Source of the DNA: Paraspadella gotoi
Lineage: Eukaryota; Animalia; Chaetognatha
NCBI GenBank assembly: GCA_051294375.1
Contig: CM119268.1
Location: forward strand, 2,146,975 to 2,154,309
Direction: 5' to 3'
Length of the DNA: 7,335 bases
The position numbers were made by a program, and so were the translations under genes. This document shows, in pieces, positions 1 to 6,938 of the stretch (its first letter is position 1; every line of letters starts with the position of its first letter). A model generated the notes under the pieces. The model worked only from the letters and a program-made list of their open reading frames with translations, ran no database searches and had not been told where the DNA came from.

Positions 1-255
1 AAAAAAAAAACGTTGGTCACGTAGATTCGGTGAATGTTTTTTTTTTAAATCCTGCGCTCGTTATAAAACAAAACAAAACAAAAAACCATCTCTTATTAAA
101 ATCGTACGAATTTGAAAAAAATAAAAAACGCTTGAGTTATTTCTTTTAAAAAACCGCGGTTTTTTTTTATGGATGGAATTTTAATTAAAATGGCGACGGC
201 CGGAATGTGAAAATGTCTTATAGAAGGAAAAAAAAATATTCCGTTGCTATGACGC

Positions 256-286
256 GAGATAGAGAGAGAGTGAGAGAGAGAGAGAG
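256..286 (+). repeat. (GA)n microsatellite, interrupted
   Basis: gagatagagagagagtgagagagagagagag read directly. Confidence 0.9.
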
Positions 287-351
287 AAAAAAATCTTTTT
301 TCAGACGATGAAAGATTTGGCGGAAGCCGGGATTTCCTTTTTTTTGGCGTT

Positions 352-592
352 GGGGAGGAAAGTGGAGGAAAGGAGAGGGAGGAAAATGAAAAGAAGAAGA
401 GGGAGGAGGAAAACGGGGAAAAAAAGGGGAGGAAGGGAGAGAGAGAGAGGGAGTTGAAGGAGAGAGAAGGAGGTTAAAGAGATTACAGAGAGACAGTGGA
501 CAATTGGACAGAGTGGAGGAAAAAGGAGGAAAGAAAAGAGAGAAAAGAAAAGAGAAAAAGGACGAGGAAAGGAAGTAATGGGGAAAAAAAAA
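352..592 (+). repeat. Low-complexity polypurine (G/A) tract running into the gap
   Basis: Almost only G and A (ggaggaaa, gagaga, gaaaa motifs). Confidence 0.9.
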
Positions 593-820
593 NNNNNNNN
601 NNNNNNNNNNNNNNNNNNNNNNNNNNNNNNNNNNNNNNNNNNNNNNNNNNNNNNNNNNNNNNNNNNNNNNNNNNNNNNNNNNNNNNNNNNNNNNNNNNNN
701 NNNNNNNNNNNNNNNNNNNNNNNNNNNNNNNNNNNNNNNNNNNNNNNNNNNNNNNNNNNNNNNNNNNNNNNNNNNNNNNNNNNNNNNNNNNNNNNNNNNN
801 NNNNNNNNNNNNNNNNNNNN
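593..820. other. Assembly gap (228 N)
   Basis: Run of N. Confidence 1.
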
Positions 821-968
821 TGGGTTGATTCCGTCGTCAGAAAGACGAGAGATGTTGGAGACGAAAGTATTTTGTCTGGAGCGATTTACTGGACCGGAAC
901 TCTTTTTAAATGTTCGAGATGGGATCGTTGAGTGGAGCAATGGGATGATGAATCTTTCTGAGTTGTAA
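821..968. CDS. Possible exon fragment, strand unresolved, product unknown
   Basis: Complex sequence between low-complexity tracts. The plus frame from 822 is open to TAA 966-968 (GLIPSSERREMLETKVFCLERFTGPELFLNVRDGIVEWSNGMMNLSEL*). The in-register minus frame is open after a CAG at 960-958 (RFIIPLLHSTIPSRTFKKSSGPVNRSRQNTFVSNISRLSDDGINP). No family recognised. Confidence 0.25.
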
Positions 969-985
969 TTTTAAAAAAGGAAATG

Positions 986-1064
986 TTTTGGTTGGTTTCG
1001 TTTTTGTTTTCGTTTTCGTTTTTGTTTTCGTTTTTTGTTTTGTTTTGTTGATTATTTTTTTTTT
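986..1064 (+). repeat. Degenerate (GTTTT)/(CGTTTT) T-rich simple repeat
   Basis: ttttgttttcgttttcgtttttgttttcg... Confidence 0.85.
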
Positions 1065-1599
1065 ATTAAGAGCAACCAATTTTTGGGGTTTTTTGAAAAG
1101 TTGTGAAAAACTCTTTACGATTAGAATAACGTAGATTTCTTTTTTTCTCGTTTTCCCTGTAAAAAGAATGAGAAGGATTAAAAGCTTGAGTTTATATATA
1201 TATGCGCTTTTATTCTAATTCAACATAATTGATTTGAGTTAAGGTCCGGGATCACTCAATTCAAATTATTAATTTCTAAGATTAGAGAGCTTAGACGATA
1301 TATTCACTTTACTATTTTACAAAGGCGTTCATCGTTTATGTTTTTTTGTACTATATAAAATAAAGAAACCTTATTTGAAGAGTTGGCAGCCCAAACGGTA
1401 AGGTTCTAATAAAATTTGGGATGATATTTTTAGGTACACCAACTCTTCTATTGAAAAGATACTTTCAAAATTTGCCTTCATTAGAAAATTTGATTATTTT
1501 AGTCAATTTTGAAGATTAATTCTTTATATCTTTGAAACAAAAAACGTTTTTCAAAAAAAGCGCTCATAGAATCTCCCCCACCACCTTTCTTTTCTTGCC

Positions 1600-1787
1600 C
1601 TAGATATTTTTTTCTAGAAGATTAGTCCAACGGTTTGAGCTGCAACTCTTCGTTTTCAACTTCTTTTCGTCAAGAAAGTTAAATTCCGTACTCATTACTC
1701 TTGCAAGATTCAACACAACATACACAAACCAATCGGGATGTGATGATGGAGTTTGTTCAACGCCGATGTTCTTAAAAAAACGGCTTA
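1600..1787 (-). CDS. Possible terminal exon, product unknown
   Basis: Minus frame open from after CAG (1790-1788) to TAG (1602-1600): SRFFKNIGVEQTPSSHPDWFVYVVLNLARVMSTEFNFLDEKKLKTKSCSSNRWTNLLEKNI*. There is a consensus minus-strand donor AAAG|GTAAGC upstream at 2116/2115. The in-register plus frame is also open and the acceptor lacks a pyrimidine tract, so support is weak. Confidence 0.2.
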
Positions 1788-2418
1788 CTGTTTTTTAATT
1801 TTTTAATCCAAGATTTGAATTTTTTTTTTTCAGTGATTCCTAGAAAATAGGCAACTATTTTAGAATATAAGCATTTACATAAAGTAAAAAGCCAAATTGA
1901 AATTAATTTGATAAGTTTTTTAACTAATAAAACTCATAAAACCATAAAAAACCGTCTGGAAAATGTGTAGAGTAGTTTTTTTTTTAGACTTATTAGTGAT
2001 ACAACTCCAAGTACGTACTGCATCAAAAGAAGAATTAAATATAAGAAGTAGAAATTGAGCTTACTGTAAAAGAATCAGTTTTTAGTTAAAAATTTTGTCA
2101 TAGAATTTAGCTTACCTTTAAAAAATATTTTTCTCTTGAAAATCTAGTTTTACCGAGAAAAAAAATTTGTTTAAATTTTATGAACATTTTAGGAAGATGT
2201 ATAAAAGTTTTCGATTATTTTTTTAATGGAAAACCTCTTACAGGATGCAAGAAAATGATTAAGACCACCAGTAAATTGAGATTTCTAAAACATTTTAGTT
2301 GTAGAGTGATCCTGGCCTTTAAAAACATTTTCAACAAACAATTCGCAATGCATCTAAGTCTTAAAAAGAAACAGGAGGAAGTTTCTATTTTTATACCAAA
2401 GAAATAGTAAAAAAAACA

Positions 2419-2570
2419 TCTTTCTCTCACTCTCTCTCTCTCTCTTCTCTCTCTCTCAATCTCTCTCTCTTCTCTCATCTCTCTCAATCTCTCTCTCTCT
2501 CTCTCTCTTCTCATCTCCTCTCTTCTTCTCTCTTCTCTCTCTCTCTCTCTCGTCTACTCTCATCTCTACT

Positions 2571-2607
<37 letters not shown>

Positions 2608-2626
2608 CTTCTCTCTCCTCATCTCA

Positions 2627-2661
<35 letters not shown>

Positions 2662-2789
2662 AATCTTCTCTCTCTCTTCTTCTTCTCTCTATCTTTAACC
2701 CTTCAATTCTCTTCTCTCTCTCTCTTCTTCTCTCTGCCTCGCTCTCTCTCTATCTTCTCTCCTCTCTCTCTCTCTCTCATCTCTCTCCA

Positions 2790-2827
<38 letters not shown>

Positions 2828-2841
2828 ATCTTTTTCTCTCT
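2419..2841 (+). repeat. Long degenerate (CT)n polypyrimidine tract (~420 bp)
   Basis: (CT)n with scattered CTT, CAT and CAAT interruptions. Confidence 0.97.
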
Positions 2842-3198
2842 GTCACCAAAAAGATTTATTTTTCTTCATTAATTCCTAATAGGTGAGAGCTAATTTAAAA
2901 GAAGAGATTTTTCGTGATTTCAATAAGAATGATGAATTGATCATTTATCAACGCTTAACTGTTAATCCTCTGCCTAACGAAAAGTTTTTAAAGCAGTCAT
3001 TGCTTTTTTTTTCAAGGTTTTTATTTCCTTGTGCTTTATTTGCTTTTTTTTCGTTTTATTCTTTTCCCTTTATTTTGTTTATCTCTTTTTATCTCTAATT
3101 TTCAAAATTACTTGTTTCACTATCTTATATTTTATATTTTATGAAGGTTTTACTATTTAATTTATGTTTTTGTTTATATTTAATTTATGTTTCTATTA

Positions 3199-3222
3199 TG
3201 AAATTGGTACAACCAATATAAA
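3199..3222 (+). repeat. Left inverted repeat (24 bp)
   Basis: Perfect inverted match to 4111-4134 (25 bp if 3198/4135 are included). Confidence 0.95.
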
Positions 3223-3273
3223 AATTATCCATTCATTTAATAAATAAGCCATCTTGCCCCTGACTTTGGACAG

Positions 3274-3390
3274 GCTTTGGTGGTTTAAGGACTCCATCAC
3301 TCTTACAAGATAATGACATAACAGGTCCCTGCAAGCTTTCAATCAAGACTCCCTCACAGTCTCGTTTGTTAACTCAGTATCAACGAAGTG
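3274..3390 (+). CDS. Candidate internal exon (117 nt, phase 1-1), product unknown
   Basis: Branch-like CTGAC 3260-3264, acceptor CAG 3271-3273, donor G|GTATGT at 3390/3391. Open frame FGGLRTPSLLQDNDITGPCKLSIKTPSQSRLLTQYQRS. More GC-rich than its flanks. Confidence 0.4.
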
Positions 3391-3461
3391 GTATGTACAA
3401 ATTGTACATTATTTTAATGAATGTTTCTATTGTATGAAAAGAAATTATATTATTATTGTTT

Positions 3462-3478
3462 TTTATTTATTTATTTAC

Positions 3479-3549
<71 letters not shown>

Positions 3550-3559
3550 CTTCTTTTTT

Positions 3560-3642
<83 letters not shown>

Positions 3643-3652
3643 CTCTCTCTCT
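3462..3652 (+). repeat. Compound microsatellite (TTTA)~22 (TTTC)~21 (CT)~6
   Basis: Read directly. Confidence 0.97.
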
Positions 3653-3776
3653 TTGTCTTTAGCCATTTATTTCCATTAACCCATTTATCGCGAGGTCGAA
3701 ATTAACTGGGCCGACCAAAAAAAAAAGACCCAAAGACCGATAGAGAATCAGCTCGATAGTTCCAGAGGAAACGACA

Positions 3777-3814
3777 TTTGCACCGGCACTTTGCACCGGC
3801 ACTTTGCACCGGCA
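3777..3814 (+). repeat. 13-bp tandem repeat TTTGCACCGGCAC x ~2.9
   Basis: Units at 3777-3789, 3790-3802 and 3803-3814 (last base missing). Confidence 0.95.
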
Positions 3815-3952
3815 GCGACACCGACGAGAGGCTAGATCCTAATGACCATCCACTGAAACCATCGGAAAAGCCTCTTCTCTTTTCTCACACAGGTGGAGAT
3901 TAGATAATAGATATATAGTGTTGGAGACAATCAGTTGTCATCTACCGGACGC

Positions 3953-4024
3953 TTTTAAGTTGCGCCGCGAGTACTCGCGGAGCAAGTCAATGAGACACTT
4001 GGGTGTCGGTCGGTCGGTCAGTCC
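3953..4024 (+). mobile_element. Helentron-associated (HINE/DINE-1-like) 5' head, family A, most complete copy
   Basis: T-run, then AAGTTGC plus a perfect 16-bp palindrome CCGCGAGTACTCGCGG (3965-3980) extended by TTGC/GCAA, a spacer, and (GTCG)3GTCAGTCC at 4005-4024. Related copies occur elsewhere in the window. The class is inferred from architecture; no 3' end was found. Confidence 0.5.
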
Positions 4025-4110
4025 CACTTACGTTAAAAATACTAATAACTAGTGTAAAAACGTAATCAATTTAGTTCATATTACATTGTTTATATTACAT
4101 ATTACATACG

Positions 4111-4134
4111 TTTATATTGGTTGTACCAATTTCA
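4111..4134 (-). repeat. Right inverted repeat (24 bp)
   Basis: TTTATATTGGTTGTACCAATTTCA is the reverse complement of 3199-3222. Confidence 0.95.
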
Positions 4135-4385
4135 TTACCATATTATCATTGGAATTACCGTTCTTGTTCTTTAACCTCGAGCCGCCAGGACTCTTCGTTT
4201 CAGTTCGATGAATCGCTCTCCCGGGTTTTCTCTTTAAACACGAAGCAATATGTTGACTCATATAACCAATAAACTTTGGTTCAATATTTCAAGTTAAATG
4301 CTTCCAGGCAGAGGCAAGGAAGAACGGTGAAGCAGCTGGCTCCTGGATTTGACGTAGTTTGGATGCAAAAATCCTTTCGGCTCGA

Positions 4386-4396
4386 GGGCTCGAACC
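4386..4396 (-). promoter_or_regulatory. Pol III B-box / tRNA T-loop-like motif (possible tRNA-derived SINE relic)
   Basis: Minus strand reads GAGGTCAAA-GGTTCGAGCCC-TCGAGCCGAAAGGA-TTTTT, matching GGTTCGANNCC. No A box or cloverleaf. Confidence 0.35.
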
Positions 4397-4664
4397 TTTG
4401 ACCTCGGGCTCCGGCTCATGATATTGGGACTTTCGGTTGGTATAAGGCTCTTCTAGTTAAATGTCAAATTGTTCAATTGTCCATATAAGTTGCATGTAAG
4501 TCAATCGAAAGTTCTCAAACAATTAAGCGAACGCGACGTGTCTATTTTAAATTTCTAAAAAAAAATTACTTTCTTTAATCAGATGTTATTGTTGTGAATA
4601 TTCAATATCTCTTTCACGTCCTATTTATATCTTCACCCATCCTCACCCTAATCTTTCGCACGTA

Positions 4665-4706
4665 GACTGACCGACCACCCAGATTTCTTCTTTCTTCCGA
4701 GACTCG
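4665..4706 (-). mobile_element. Degenerate inverted copy of family A head
   Basis: Minus strand CGAGTCTCG...TGGGTGGTCGGTCAGTC versus CGAGTACTCG...TGGGTGTCGGTCGGTCGGTCAGTC at 3968-4023. Confidence 0.4.
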
Positions 4707-4821
4707 AAAAGTTTTCTCTTCTATTCTTGTTTTTATTTCCTCTCGCTCTTCTGAATATTGAGTCCGAACGAAAGAAGCTACTGAGTTCGGCTCTATTTTT
4801 CGAAAGCGTACCATTTTTGTA

Positions 4822-5010
4822 CCTAATCCCTTAACTAATTTTACAATAATTTTATATTTACTCTAATCCTTAAACTTAATGTATAATCATAACTTAATCC
4901 ATAACACTCAACCTTAACCTTAATACCGAACCTTATCCTTAATCCTAAACCGAATATCTATCCGAATCCCTAACCCAACCTTTAACCCCGATTCCTGACC
5001 TTTAACCTAA
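4822..5010 (+). repeat. Degenerate telomere-like hexamer array (CCCTAA/CCTTAA/TCCTAA variants)
   Basis: Recurring CCTAA, CTTAA and CCGAA at roughly 6-bp spacing. Exact CCCTAACCC at 4968-4976. The plus strand is nearly devoid of G. Confidence 0.7.
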
Positions 5011-5147
5011 TTTTTAAACTTAAAAAATTTTCTTAAACTGAAAAGAGAAGCTTTTGGAAAATATGGCACCGAAGTTCGACCCCTTTTTGGACGAACGGCG
5101 AGACGCGAACGTGGCGCATCTGAAACGTTCTCGTCATGCGGAGCGAA

Positions 5148-5195
5148 NNNNNNNNNNNNNNNNNNNNNNNNNNNNNNNNNNNNNNNNNNNNNNNN
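5148..5195. other. Assembly gap (48 N)
   Basis: Run of N. Confidence 1.
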
Positions 5196-5729
5196 GCGAA
5201 ATGGACTGAATCGACGGGACTTGGAGCGTTTTCGTCCCTTTTGACGACGAGCGGGAGCGTGAACCGTAAACATGACGTTACGTGACGTGAGCGTGACGCC
5301 GTGACGTTTTCGACGACGCTTGGCGGTTTGGTGTCGAGCGGCCCGATTGCTCTCCGTCCGGATCGACTCTATTTTTGAAAGGGTCTCAGACTTGGACGAG
5401 ACTCCGATCCAAAGGCGCCCTGTTGGAGTTAAACGGGGCCGTGCCTCGAAACGGAACAGCTTGGCCGAAAAAAACGCGCCGAGAAATAACCAGAACGTGC
5501 CGTATCACCTGGAGACTAAACTAAAACGGACCTGAGGTCATTATATAGCTCAAGGTCGAGGGGCATAAGGGATTGCACGTCCTCACCAGGGAGTTTCTTC
5601 CCATGAAACCAATATATAACTTTTTGTAATATTTGAAGTACAATAATTCGTAAACCTATTAAAGGTGCATAGATAAAAGTGATGTTGTGTCTTTTCACAT
5701 ACAGTTCTTATTCGCGTGAAAAGTAGATT

Positions 5730-5833
5730 CACACACACTCACACACAAACACACAAACACACACACACACACAAACAAAACAAACACCGATTAAAAACAA
5801 ACAAACAATAAATTAACAACAACAACAAAAAAA
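5730..5833 (+). repeat. (CA)n microsatellite followed by AAAC/AAC-rich tract
   Basis: Interrupted (CA)n at 5730-5773, then aaac/aac units. Confidence 0.9.
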
Positions 5834-6142
5834 GATGAAAAAAATGGTTTCGTGTCAGCGGGAAATTTGCTTTGGAGAGAAATTCATTGCCTGTGGCGAG
5901 AATTTCCCGACCAATTCAATCAATGTTGTTTCTTTTTTTAGATTTTGTTTCTTTTTTATTTTGTTTTTTTGTTTTTATTCCATTCACGAAATGTTTTATT
6001 TTTTGGTTGGAGTCAACTTTTTGAATGAATACTAAATATTGACAGCAAGAGCAGTTCGTTTCTTTTAATGTAAACCAATTCTCATATGTAATTTGAAGCA
6101 TTGACTAAAAACTGTCCAAATTTCCTGGTTTTGATTCCCCAG

Positions 6143-6211
6143 GGCGAATTTATTCAACGGGGCAAGAACGAAAAAATAAAGCTGAAGGCACGATTCGGAA
6201 AGTCCCGAAAA
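6143..6211 (+). CDS. Weak candidate internal exon (69 nt, phase 0-0)
   Basis: Pyrimidine-rich acceptor ttttgattccccag, open frame GEFIQRGKNEKIKLKARFGKSRK, donor A|GTAAAT. No family recognised. Confidence 0.15.
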
Positions 6212-6253
6212 GTAAATTCCGTTAACCATCTTTCACGCCGCCCAACAGATCTC

Positions 6254-6560
6254 GAGAGAGAGAGAGAAGAGTGGACAATACCACCTCACGACTCGCGGTA
6301 AAGGAGGAGAATGAGAGTGAGAGGAGAGCTAGATAGAGAAGATGATGAGAGAGGGAGAGATCGAGGAGAGAGAAGCAGAGAGACGGGATAAAGACACGAG
6401 TATTTTACGGCGCACGAGTCTATGGGATATTTGCGGCGGCCGCAGGGTGAAAGAGAATGAAGAGGTAAGAGCGCATTAAAGGAGGAGGGAGAAGAAGGAG
6501 GGAGTAAGGAGGAGGAGGAAGAGTGGGAAGGGAAAGAATAATGAAGGAGGAAAACAGAGG
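6254..6560 (+). repeat. Purine-rich low-complexity region (GA, GGA, GAA units) with a short complex interruption
   Basis: Read directly. Confidence 0.8.
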
Positions 6561-6622
6561 CGAACCGACGTAACCCGTACTGGCGAGTTGGGGAGGAGAG
6601 ACGGAGAGTCGTTTTTCAAAAA

Positions 6623-6627
<5 letters not shown>

Positions 6628-6682
<55 letters not shown>
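6628..6682 (+). repeat. Perfect (GA)27 microsatellite
   Basis: Read directly. Confidence 0.97.
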
Positions 6683-6687
<5 letters not shown>

Positions 6688-6692
6688 CAAGC

Positions 6693-6742
6693 GGACAGAC
6701 AGACTTAGAACGTCACACCCGGTCCTACGGGGTCGTAGATAA
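6693..6742 (-). mobile_element. Possible second HINE/DINE-1-like head (family B)
   Basis: Minus strand TTATCTACG-ACCC-CGTAG (5-bp hairpin), spacer, then GTCTGTCTGTCC (GTCY microsatellite). Single copy in the window. Confidence 0.3.
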
Positions 6743-6854
6743 TGAACTCATGCCATTAGTAATGGATTTTTTTAAGGCAGAAAAGGAAAATACATTTTTC
6801 CGTCTTTCGCAGTTGACGAAGATTCATCTTTGTTGGACGAACGAAGCGAGAAAT

Positions 6855-6890
6855 AACAACAACAACAACGACGACGACGACGACGACGAC
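6855..6890 (+). repeat. Compound trinucleotide repeat (AAC)5(GAC)7
   Basis: Read directly. Confidence 0.95.
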
Positions 6891-6902
6891 GAGGACCCAC
6901 AG

Positions 6903-6938
6903 TTTTTGGTTGCGACGCGAGGACTCTGTCGGTCGGTC
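6903..6938 (+). mobile_element. Internally deleted copy of family A head
   Basis: GTTGCGACGCGAGGACTC (6909-6926) matches 3959-3976 at 16/18 and is joined directly to TGTCGGTCGGTC (identical to 4004-4015). Confidence 0.55.

Larger units (their letters stand above)
3199..4134. mobile_element. Putative non-autonomous TIR DNA transposon (MITE-like), 936 bp, TTA target duplication
   Basis: TGAAATTGGTACAACCAATATAAA (3199-3222) is the exact reverse complement of 4111-4134. TTA flanks both sides (3196-3198, 4135-4137). No transposase ORF inside. Confidence 0.6.

Noticed and set aside
148-165. 18-bp palindrome AAAAAACCGCGGTTTTTT
   Set aside because: Mostly homopolymer arms; expected in this composition, and intrinsic terminators are not relevant to this eukaryotic context.
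218-940. ORFs 218-940(-), 496-828(+), 578-931(+)
   Set aside because: Their length comes from the N gap and the stop-poor purine tract.
1225-1269. Imperfect AT-rich hairpin (14 of 16 columns paired, 14-nt loop)
   Set aside because: Low-complexity arms, no TSD or second copy, too short for a convincing pre-miRNA.
2180-3098. ORFs 2180-2407, 2215-2514, 2883-3098
   Set aside because: Short, AT-rich or CT-repeat-derived translations with no recognisable motif.
3154-3439. Short AT-rich direct repeats: TATTTAATTTATGTTT x2 (3154, 3177) and ATGTTTCTATT(GT)ATGAAA (3187, 3421)
   Set aside because: Low complexity and probably slippage or chance. The second spans the left TIR junction, so it is a minor caveat for that boundary.
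3676-3690. TTAA-CCCATTT, a piggyBac-like left end
   Set aside because: No matching AAATGGG-TTAA right end in the window.
3421-3705. Three overlapping F/I/Y/L/S-rich ORFs resembling membrane peptides
   Set aside because: They are translations of the (TTTA)n(TTTC)n microsatellite.
5063-5083. ATG...MAPKFDP resembling the RPL12 N-terminus (MPPKFDP)
   Set aside because: The following residues (FLDERRDANVAHLKRSR) do not resemble RPL12 and no splice donor follows; likely coincidence.
5320-5698. ORFs 5320-5535(+) and 5516-5698(-)
   Set aside because: Protein-like composition but non-ATG starts, weak splice signals and no recognisable family. Cannot be excluded without BLASTX or RNA-seq.
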